In this document: in pieces, positions 20,602 to 28,777 of the stretch | How the letters are laid out: each line of letters opens with the position of its first letter | How positions within the stretch are numbered: the first letter of the stretch is position 1 | NCBI GenBank assembly: GCA_964525995.1 | Contig: CAZGIM010000001.1 | Location: 250,445 to 314,444, forward strand | From: an uncultured Prolixibacteraceae bacterium | Lineage (GTDB): Bacteria; Bacteroidota; Bacteroidia; Bacteroidales; FEN-979 | DNA: 64,000 nucleotides | Direction of reading: 5' to 3' | Program-made: the position numbers and the translations under genes | Notes under the pieces: generated by a model | Told to the model about the DNA's origin: nothing | The model's database searches: none | The model's input: the letters and a program-made list of their open reading frames with translations, nothing else

Positions 20602-21522
20602 ATGCTTTCCAAGAGCCAGATACAGTTCATCACTTCACTCCATCACAAGAAATACAGGGAGGAGAACGGTTGTTTCATTGCTGAGGGGACCAAAATTGTC
20701 ATGGAACTGATGGCAAGCGATTTCCAGGTCAGGAGGATCTATGCCAGCGCCGAATGGATTGTTTCGCATATGAAGGAGGCTTGCACAAAAGAAATTCCGG
20801 TGTTCGAAACCCTTCCGCATGAAATGGCAAAGATCTCTGCGCTATCAACCCCAGGCCCTGTGCTTGCCGTCGTCGCTATTCCATCTACTACCAATCTTCC
20901 GTCCTCCCAATCTCCCGTTCCCCAGTTCCCTCGTTCCCCTGTTTCCCATGATTTCTGGTCTTCCAGGTGGCTCATCCTTGCACTCGACGATATCCGCGAT
21001 CCGGGTAACCTTGGAACCATAATCCGGATTGCCGACTGGTTCGGGATTGACACAATCCTGTGCTCGATGAATTGTGTTGATGAGTTTAATCCCAAGGTGG
21101 TGCAGGCAACCATGGGATCGATTGCCAGGGTGCGCGTGATCCGGTGCGATCTTGAAAAGGTACTTGCAACGATCTCAGACCAGAATAAAGTTAATTTATC
21201 ATCACATCACTTTGCACCGGATTCGGATTCTGCCGTCCCGGTTATCCCTGTTTACGGAGCATGTTTGGACGGCGAAAATATCTATTCATCCCAAAATATT
21301 CAAGGAAATGGTATCATTCTGATAGGAAATGAATCGCATGGTATTTCGGAGAATTTGCTTCCTTTGATTACCCAAAAAATTACCATCCCGGCCTTTCATT
21401 CCGATGTCGGGGAAAGAGCCGAATCATTGAATGCATCCGTTGCTACTGCAATTATTCTGGCAGAATTTTTTCGTCGGTTTGGTTTTCATCCGGGCGAAAA
21501 AAAACCTTGTAATCCTTTATAA
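20602..21522 (+). CDS. TrmH/SpoU-family RNA 2'-O-methyltransferase
   Basis: 306-aa ORF; SPOUT motifs LDDIRDPGNLGTIIRIADWFG, ILIGNESHGIS, SLNASVATAIIL; two Pro/Ser-rich insertions relative to the usual family layout. Confidence 0.8.
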   Translation: MLSKSQIQFITSLHHKKYREENGCFIAEGTKIVMELMASDFQVRRIYASAEWIVSHMKEACTKEIPVFETLPHEMAKISALSTPGPVLAVVAIPSTTNLPSSQSPVPQFPRSPVSHDFWSSRWLILALDDIRDPGNLGTIIRIADWFGIDTILCSMNCVDEFNPKVVQATMGSIARVRVIRCDLEKVLATISDQNKVNLSSHHFAPDSDSAVPVIPVYGACLDGENIYSSQNIQGNGIILIGNESHGISENLLPLITQKITIPAFHSDVGERAESLNASVATAIILAEFFRRFGFHPGEKKPCNPL

Positions 21523-22862
21523 TGCCAAACGTTTTTTTAAGTTCTACCATCATGCTCAACCGAATCCATCAAAAGGAGATTTCATTTTTATTTGCGATAT
21601 CCTTTTTTATCATACCCAATATAATTTCTGCCCAGGGACCTGATCTTGATTCGGAATTCCCCAACATCAATAAAGCCTATGTGAACGCCATCCGGTCAAT
21701 CCAGGTTTACCAGTCCGACAGCATCCTGAATTATCCCGTGATTTCGATAAACAGCAACGAGAAGTTGAACATATCGTTCGATGACCTTTCGCCTGATCTC
21801 AGGAGAATTCAGTTTACGATTCGCCATTGCAGCTTTGACTGGAATACCTCCACTGACCTGGTTGTGTCGGATTATATCGACGGGTTCCGGGAACAGAATA
21901 TCGATCAATATTTATACTCCTATAATACCACTATTCCCTATATTCACTATTTTGCTACCTTCCCGACAGATAACCTGAGATTAAAAATTTCGGGCAATTA
22001 CCTTTTAATTGTGTATGAGGAGGATACCAGGCAGATTTTATTTACACAACGATTCATGGTTAATGAGTCCTCTTCACTCACAGCAGATGTAAGAATAGGT
22101 CAGGGATTGAGGATGGAAGATCGACAGACCCATCAGCAGATCGATATAATGGTCAGACTGAACGGATTCAGAATAGATGATATCTCGCGCGAAGTAAGAC
22201 TGTGTATCCGCCAAAACGGTCGCTGGGATAATTGTATGTATGTCATGAAACCTAGAATTACCCGTCCGGGGGAACTCGATTACCGGTATGATGAGGCTAT
22301 ATCCTTTGCCGGCTGGAACCAATACCGGTCGTTCGATACAAAGAGTCTGCTCTATCAATCGGAACGGATCCGCAAAATCACCTACGATACAGCTTATAAT
22401 GTTTACCTTCTTGACGATCAGCCGCGCACCTATAAGAACTACACCCGTGAATATGACCTGAACGGAAGGTACTATATTAAAAACGAGGAGCATGCACAAA
22501 ATAATGAAACGGAGGCAGATTATGCCTTTGTTAATTTTTTTCTTCCCTATCCCGTCCAGATCGCTTCGGGTGACTTTTACATCATCGGCGACCTGACGGC
22601 ATGGCAAAGCGCTGATTTTAGCCGGATGTTATATAATCCGGCCCGAAGGGGATACGAGCTGACCGTGCTGTTGAAACAGGGATATTACAACTACCTGTAT
22701 GATTACCGATCAAAAGATGGCATTTCTGCAGATGAGACCATGATCGAAGGCAGTCACTGGGAGACCGAGAATGAATACGAGGTAATGGTCTATTACAAGC
22801 CGACCGGCGGGAATTATGACAGGTTGATTTATTTGAATCATGTCAAATCCACCGGAATGTAA
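21522..22862 (+). CDS. T9SS plug protein (DUF5103 family)
   Basis: 446-aa ORF; IRSIQVYQ...LNISFDDL...FTIRHCSFDWNTS...SGNYLLIVYEED...LLKQGYYNYLYDY...ETENEYEVMVYY matches the DUF5103/SprA-plug family pattern; ATG overlaps the trmH-family stop (TAATG); alternative start ATG 21552. Confidence 0.8.
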   Translation: MPNVFLSSTIMLNRIHQKEISFLFAISFFIIPNIISAQGPDLDSEFPNINKAYVNAIRSIQVYQSDSILNYPVISINSNEKLNISFDDLSPDLRRIQFTIRHCSFDWNTSTDLVVSDYIDGFREQNIDQYLYSYNTTIPYIHYFATFPTDNLRLKISGNYLLIVYEEDTRQILFTQRFMVNESSSLTADVRIGQGLRMEDRQTHQQIDIMVRLNGFRIDDISREVRLCIRQNGRWDNCMYVMKPRITRPGELDYRYDEAISFAGWNQYRSFDTKSLLYQSERIRKITYDTAYNVYLLDDQPRTYKNYTREYDLNGRYYIKNEEHAQNNETEADYAFVNFFLPYPVQIASGDFYIIGDLTAWQSADFSRMLYNPARRGYELTVLLKQGYYNYLYDYRSKDGISADETMIEGSHWETENEYEVMVYYKPTGGNYDRLIYLNHVKSTGM

Positions 22863-23045
22863 ACCGCCGGTATTCAGATAATGATCCTTCATCGCAGGTT
22901 AAGAGTTTGAATGTCCCGGATTTTTGTATCAGTTACTAACAAAACTGATACAGTTACTAACTTTGTAATCTAGTTTATTTACTTTACATAGAAAAAGGTT
23001 TACCTTTGAACATATGTTTTATCTTTCTTTTGATATATTTTTTAT

Positions 23046-24566
23046 ATGAGACAGATTTACAACTTTTCCCTGGTTGCCTTCATTTTGGTACTTTTCCATA
23101 TTCCGGTCACAGCCGGAGTATTTGACCCTTCCCGGGTTGATTCAAGAAATATCGATCCATTGGCGGATGGTAAAAAATCGATCTGGATGGATCTTATGTT
23201 CAGCAAGACATCTCCGGTGAATCCATTTCAGTTGAGGTTTGCAATTACGGATAATCCATCAAAAAAAGTGTTTCTCCCCGATACCATTATTGTTTATTCG
23301 ACACAAGCCCTGAATCTCAGACATATCTTCACGTATGATGCACAAGGTAACCAGGTTTCTCTGGTAGTTCAGGAATACAAAAATCTGACCTGGGCCAACG
23401 TCTCTTTGGAAACCAGCATTTACAGCGTGTCGGGTAATAAATTAACCACCCTGTGGAAGTTGTGGGTTAGCGATACCTGGATGAATTATAAAATGGAGAC
23501 CTCCACTTACGGTCAGAATAACAAGCGAACCTCCTCCTTATTTGAGATGTGGATGAATGGAGTCTGGGTTAATCTTGAGAGGGAGACTCTTGCCTATGAT
23601 GGATTTGGGCAACAGGTTGCCTATTTTCAGGAGACATGGAACAGCGGGGCCTGGGTCAACAATCTGCATGAAACCTATACTTATGATCAAAACGGGAATT
23701 TAATCAGAGCGTTAATTGAGAAGTGGATCAGCGGGGAATGGGTGAACGATCGTCAGTTTACTTACATTTTTGATTCCTTTGGTGAACTCGCTATGGCTAC
23801 TCTTCAGAACTGGATTAGCGGTAACTGGGTCAATCAAAGCAGGAAAAACTATACTTATATTCAAACGCATCTCCTGGGATCTTGTATTACTGAACTTTGG
23901 AACGCGGGCGCCTGGCTGAACAGTGAACGGCAAAGCTATGAATATGACGATTTGGGGCACCTTTCGTCGATGACAGGTGAAACCTGGCTGAATTCCCAAT
24001 GGGTAAATGATGAACGAGAGGAATATACCTACGATGCATCCGGTAATGTCCAGTCATTTTTATATTTGGTATGGGCCAGCGAGGTATGGTCGAACTTCTC
24101 CCTCACTACTTATGCTTATGACAATGAGGGAAATGAAACTACGGCCATTTTTTACACCTGGGATGGTCAAACGTGGTCGCTGTCAAGCGACGGTCTGATC
24201 GCGCTGTATTACAATTCGGGAATGGATATGAAATATTATACCGGCTACAGGGTGGAAGCAGGTTATACATCCAAATCAACCGGTACTTCCGACCAGCCTT
24301 CCGGTAATATCACCCGGTTATCATGTTATCCCAATCCGGCCGGAGATCTTTGTACCTTAAGTTTGGAGCTTAAACAGACCCTGTTTGCAGAAATCGGCGT
24401 TATTGACGCTGAAGGACGGGCAATAGAATCAGTATATCGCGGTGAACTTGAAAGCGGAACGCACAATTTTCATCTTTCAACCGGGGTTTATCCCATGGGA
24501 TTGTACCGGATTTTTGTAAAATCGAACGGAGCAACTCAATCGATTTCAATGGTAAAAGTTTATTAG
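23046..24566 (+). CDS. secreted repeat protein with T9SS type A C-terminal sorting domain
   Basis: 506-aa ORF; signal peptide; about ten ~29-aa W-x2-G-x-W-V-N...T-Y-x-Y-D-x2-G repeats (YD-repeat-like); C-terminus CYPNPAGDLCTLSL...GLYRIFVKS...MVKVY. Confidence 0.75.
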   Translation: MRQIYNFSLVAFILVLFHIPVTAGVFDPSRVDSRNIDPLADGKKSIWMDLMFSKTSPVNPFQLRFAITDNPSKKVFLPDTIIVYSTQALNLRHIFTYDAQGNQVSLVVQEYKNLTWANVSLETSIYSVSGNKLTTLWKLWVSDTWMNYKMETSTYGQNNKRTSSLFEMWMNGVWVNLERETLAYDGFGQQVAYFQETWNSGAWVNNLHETYTYDQNGNLIRALIEKWISGEWVNDRQFTYIFDSFGELAMATLQNWISGNWVNQSRKNYTYIQTHLLGSCITELWNAGAWLNSERQSYEYDDLGHLSSMTGETWLNSQWVNDEREEYTYDASGNVQSFLYLVWASEVWSNFSLTTYAYDNEGNETTAIFYTWDGQTWSLSSDGLIALYYNSGMDMKYYTGYRVEAGYTSKSTGTSDQPSGNITRLSCYPNPAGDLCTLSLELKQTLFAEIGVIDAEGRAIESVYRGELESGTHNFHLSTGVYPMGLYRIFVKSNGATQSISMVKVY

Positions 24567-24663
24567 AAGGAACAAAGCTTGAAAAAAGTCACGAAAACAA
24601 GAAAATAATGAACACTTACTAATAATCCGGCCACTTTGATTGACATTCTTCTTTATTTTATTG

Positions 24664-24671
24664 TATATTTG
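24664..24671 (+). promoter_or_regulatory. candidate -7 box (TATATTTG)
   Basis: exact TAnnTTTG match 43 nt upstream of the ATG at 24715. Confidence 0.4.
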
Positions 24672-24714
24672 TACAGTGAAATAATCGTTTAAATCAATTC
24701 AAAACATCTCATAT

Positions 24715-26889
24715 ATGAAAAAGTTATACCACCAGCTATTTACCATTATTTCAGTTGTGTGCTTTGGATTAACCGGGTTATTCTCTTTCGGTCAAAGCAT
24801 TGATCCAAAGGTCACGGTGATCCAACCCAGCGAAGCGGGAATATCCTGGGTGAAAGGAACATATCACTTAATATCATGGGAGGATAATTTTGTCAAACCC
24901 GTCGATATTTATCTTATTGATGATAATCTGGGAACAGCCTCCAGGACAGTCAGTCTCATTAAAAAGAATGTAAGTGGATCGACCTACAACTGGAATACGA
25001 ATACTCCAGGAGTAGTTGCCGGCTGGGATAAATATATGATCCGGGTACAAAGTAATGTGGATACAACTTATTTTGATGAAAGTGACCAGTATTTTTCTAT
25101 TGTCACTGCATTACCCGGAACCTATAAACTCTATCAACCTAACGTACCGGGAATTGACTGGGTACGAGGCAACACCTACCTGATTTCGTGGGAAGCAGGT
25201 GCAAATGAAAAGGTAAAAATCGAGCTTCTGGACAATGGCACTGTTACAACTACAACTACTGGGTTGCCTTCCGGTTTTGTAAGTGGTACCACCCGTTCGT
25301 GGCATATACCTTCTAACTTCCCTACCGGAGCGAACTACCGGATCAGAATAACCGGAGAGTTTACTGGCGGTGTAGCAGAGAGTGAGAATCCATTTTCTAT
25401 TATTGCCACACCGGGAGGTGCGATTAACGTGATCCAACCCAGCGATGCTAACATTGAATGGAAGAAGGGAACCACCCATTTAATCTCTTGGGAGGACGAA
25501 ATCCCGGAAAAAGTGAATATCGATTTAGTGGACGGAACAACATCACCTACCACAAGTGAAAGGTTACAATCAAATGTAAGTGGCTCTACCTGGTCATGGC
25601 ATATTACTCAGGATGTTGGTTCAAATTACAAAATCAGAATATCAAGCACCTTAGACCCGACGAATTCTAATATGAGCGATAACGATTTTGCAATTGTAGA
25701 CCTTCTAACCGGACATTTCAATGAAATTTACCAGCCTACCGGCACTGATGTCTGGTTAAAGGGCACCAATCATCTGATTTCCTGGGAAGATGAGCTTGAT
25801 GAGACTGTGGATATTTATTTATTAAATTTTTGGGATCCAGGATCAGGACCTGGAACCGCAACAGTTACTACAATCCCTCATGACACAATTCCTTTAAGAT
25901 CTAATGTCTCAGGATCGACTTGGTCATGGAACAATGTCGGCCCGCTTAGCGATTACTTAAAAATTGAGATTAGGAGTCATTCCAATCCTTCAGTTACCCC
26001 AATTAGGAGCGAGGGCTATTTCAAAATTGTGAATACCCTGGGCGGAACGTTTAACCAGTTCTTCCAGCCTTTAGGAGGTGAACAGTGGCTTAGAAACACC
26101 ACCTACCTGATTTCCTGGGAGGACGACATATTGGAGGGCGTGGATATACTGCTTTCCGATAAAACAGATGGAGGCACTTATACTCTTTTGGCATCAGATG
26201 TTCATGGTTCAACCTATCTTTTCAGTACGGGTAATCGAGACTATGGTACATATAATTTTAAATTAAGAAGTACTCTCAATCATTCGAATGAATTTGTTAG
26301 TCCGGACTTTGAACTTGTACAGAGTTTAGGCGGCGGAATTACTGCGATCAATCAGCCAAACGAAGCGGGATTGGTTTGGGTGCAGGGTACCAGCAACCTT
26401 ATATCCTGGGATGACGATCTTACCGAACCTGTTAAGATAACCTTGCATTATTATGGTACTGATCCGGGAACAGAAACGCCAACATCAACAAATACTATAA
26501 CTACTTCCGTTTCAGGTACAACCTATAACTGGAATATTCCAGGAACCCAGGCAGCGGGATATTACCGGGTGGAGATCACAAGCACCCTTGACGGAGGAAT
26601 TACGAAATTAGCCGAGAATAAATTCAGGATTATGCTCTTGATCGATGCCCAGGTCTTTCCCAACCCTTGTACTGAAAACGTGAATATAGAGATCGATAAC
26701 TGTGCATCCCAAATATTCAACATCGAGCTATTTGACCGGTTTGGTACCCGGGTAATCAAACGCAGTCTGAATACCTCCAATTCCGACCAGATTTCCATTC
26801 CGGTCAGCGATTTGCCAAATGGGGTCTATTTCCTCAATATGACAGCCGGCGATACCAGGATCTCCAAAAAGGTAATCGTTCAGCACTAA
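24715..26889 (+). CDS. secreted protein with six Ig-like modules and a T9SS type A sorting domain
   Basis: 724-aa ORF; signal peptide; six ~100-aa modules each containing W.KGT.HLISWED...NVSGSTWSW...YKIRI (Kre9/KNH-like Ser-Thr-rich Ig-like pattern); C-terminus VFPNPCTENVNIEI...GVYFLNM...KKVIVQH. Confidence 0.75.
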   Translation: MKKLYHQLFTIISVVCFGLTGLFSFGQSIDPKVTVIQPSEAGISWVKGTYHLISWEDNFVKPVDIYLIDDNLGTASRTVSLIKKNVSGSTYNWNTNTPGVVAGWDKYMIRVQSNVDTTYFDESDQYFSIVTALPGTYKLYQPNVPGIDWVRGNTYLISWEAGANEKVKIELLDNGTVTTTTTGLPSGFVSGTTRSWHIPSNFPTGANYRIRITGEFTGGVAESENPFSIIATPGGAINVIQPSDANIEWKKGTTHLISWEDEIPEKVNIDLVDGTTSPTTSERLQSNVSGSTWSWHITQDVGSNYKIRISSTLDPTNSNMSDNDFAIVDLLTGHFNEIYQPTGTDVWLKGTNHLISWEDELDETVDIYLLNFWDPGSGPGTATVTTIPHDTIPLRSNVSGSTWSWNNVGPLSDYLKIEIRSHSNPSVTPIRSEGYFKIVNTLGGTFNQFFQPLGGEQWLRNTTYLISWEDDILEGVDILLSDKTDGGTYTLLASDVHGSTYLFSTGNRDYGTYNFKLRSTLNHSNEFVSPDFELVQSLGGGITAINQPNEAGLVWVQGTSNLISWDDDLTEPVKITLHYYGTDPGTETPTSTNTITTSVSGTTYNWNIPGTQAAGYYRVEITSTLDGGITKLAENKFRIMLLIDAQVFPNPCTENVNIEIDNCASQIFNIELFDRFGTRVIKRSLNTSNSDQISIPVSDLPNGVYFLNMTAGDTRISKKVIVQH

Positions 26890-26915
26890 AAAATGCTTAA
26901 ATATTAATGATCCGG

Positions 26916-26955
26916 TACACCCTCGCTATAAATAGGCGGGGGTGTATTGTTTTCC
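26916..26955 (+). terminator. intrinsic terminator
   Basis: TACACCCTCGC / GCGGGGGTGTA hairpin followed by TTGTTTTCC, 27 nt after the stop at 26889. Confidence 0.55.
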
Positions 26956-27008
26956 GCTATTTAGAAATGAGATGAACGTGCAGAGATAAACCTTTAACAA
27001 ACAGGGCC

Positions 27009-28640
27009 ATGTACCGTTATTCCTCTTTTTATTGCCATTTCATTCTCCGGATGATATCCGGGTTTCGGAGAATTGGGTTATTCGCGATAATCCTTACTAT
27101 CGCCATATCGTGCAATAAATCGGATAATCCGACCGAGGTTCCGAACGTCAGTACCAAGAATCCGGGAATAGTTACCGAATCAACCGCCGAAGTGGGAGGT
27201 TTTGTGACTTCCGACGGGGGAGGCACGGTAACTGAAAAGGGAGTGTGTTATGCCTTCCACCCGAATCCTACCATCCTGGATATGACCGTGAGCGTGGGTT
27301 ATGGAACCGGGAACTTTCAACATACGCTTACGGGTTTGTATCCCGATACTACCTATTATCTCAGGGCGTACGCCCTGAATGAAATCGGAATAGGGTACGG
27401 TAATCAAATTACCTTTATGACAAAACAATCTTCGGGTTTGCCTTCCGTATCAACCGATGCGATAAGCGCGATTACTCCCTCTTCGGCAATTTGCGGAGGC
27501 GATATCACTAAAAGCGGATCCACAGCAGTCACGGCACGTGGCGTATGCTGGTCAAAACTCCAGAATCCGACCCTTTCCGATTCACATACCTCCGATGGCA
27601 CAGGAACCGGTTCATTTGTAAGTTCCATTGCCGGATTAGATTCGAACACAGTGTATTATGTACGTGCTTACGCCACCAACAGCCTGGGTACCGCCTATGG
27701 CGCTCAGGTGAGTTTTATCACCAACGGCTCCGGCGGAACCATTCCCACGGTCACCACATCAGGCGTGACGGGTATCACTGAAATTTCAGCCATATCGGGA
27801 GGTACGGTAATTTCGCAGGGCAGCTCTGCCGTTACCCAGCGCGGGGTTTGCTGGAGCCTTTCCAAATTCCCTTCCATCTCCGATGATATTACCACCGATG
27901 GTTCCGGATTAGGATCATTTACAAGCCAAATCACTGGCTTGTCTTCCAATACAAGGTATTATGTAAGGGCCTATGCTATCAATGAATCCGGAACCAGTTA
28001 CGGCGATACCGTGAGCTTTAACACAACCAATACCGGTCCGCAGGTCTGTCCGCCCACCGTATCCTATGGCGGAAAGACCTATAATACCATCGAGATTAAC
28101 GGGAAATGCTGGTTTAAAGAGAATCTGAATATTGGTCAGCGCATCGACGGAGAACTCAGCCAGAGTCCAGGGAATAGCGTGGTAGAGAAATACTGTTATG
28201 ATAACCTTGAAATCAATTGTGAGATTTACGGAGGGTTGTATCAGTGGGATGAACTCATGCAAGGCTCCATAAATCCCGGAGATCGGGGATTATGTCCGGA
28301 GGGGTGGCATGTTCCCACCGACCAGGAATGGATTGAAATGGCTGATTTTTTAGGCGGGGACTCAATCGCGGGCGGTGCATTGAAAAAGACGGGAATAACT
28401 TTCTGGAAATCTCCTAATACAGGGGCAACGAATTCCAGCGGGTTTACCGCTCTACCCGGAGGATCCATCGGCACCAATCATAAATTCTCCAACCTTACAT
28501 TTTCGGCCCTGATCTGGACCTCAACCCAGAGTGAAGCGACAACTGCCTGGCACCGGTCGCTTTATTACAGTTCCGTGCAGTTAGGGCGATACAGCAGCCA
28601 AAAGATTGTCGGATATTCGGCACGATGTCTGAAAAACTGA
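27009..28640 (+). CDS. lipoprotein with three ~95-aa tandem modules and a C-terminal FISUMP domain
   Basis: 543-aa ORF; lipobox ILTIAISC; three modules (...RGVCW...TGL..NT.YYVRAYA.N..G..YG); C-terminal Fibrobacter-succinogenes-major-paralogous pattern GKCWFKENLN, YGGLYQWDE, CPEGWHVPTDQEW, NSSGFTALPGG; real start may be ATG 27051. Confidence 0.8.
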   Translation: MYRYSSFYCHFILRMISGFRRIGLFAIILTIAISCNKSDNPTEVPNVSTKNPGIVTESTAEVGGFVTSDGGGTVTEKGVCYAFHPNPTILDMTVSVGYGTGNFQHTLTGLYPDTTYYLRAYALNEIGIGYGNQITFMTKQSSGLPSVSTDAISAITPSSAICGGDITKSGSTAVTARGVCWSKLQNPTLSDSHTSDGTGTGSFVSSIAGLDSNTVYYVRAYATNSLGTAYGAQVSFITNGSGGTIPTVTTSGVTGITEISAISGGTVISQGSSAVTQRGVCWSLSKFPSISDDITTDGSGLGSFTSQITGLSSNTRYYVRAYAINESGTSYGDTVSFNTTNTGPQVCPPTVSYGGKTYNTIEINGKCWFKENLNIGQRIDGELSQSPGNSVVEKYCYDNLEINCEIYGGLYQWDELMQGSINPGDRGLCPEGWHVPTDQEWIEMADFLGGDSIAGGALKKTGITFWKSPNTGATNSSGFTALPGGSIGTNHKFSNLTFSALIWTSTQSEATTAWHRSLYYSSVQLGRYSSQKIVGYSARCLKN

Positions 28641-28777
28641 AACGACAACGCAGATAACTTTCATCGGCCGGCGACACCAAAAGGGGGGGATGGCGCCTTG
28701 AGGATATCATCTCAACAGGTGGGATCATAAATATCTGAGATTGCTCCAGATCGGGATAGGGCACTTTTTAATCGTTC

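Noticed and set aside
25111-28477. Chains of 65-122-aa antisense ORFs inside the repeat-protein genes
   Set aside because: They are by-products of the periodic, stop-poor repeat DNA. The sense frames carry signal peptides, domains and CTDs.
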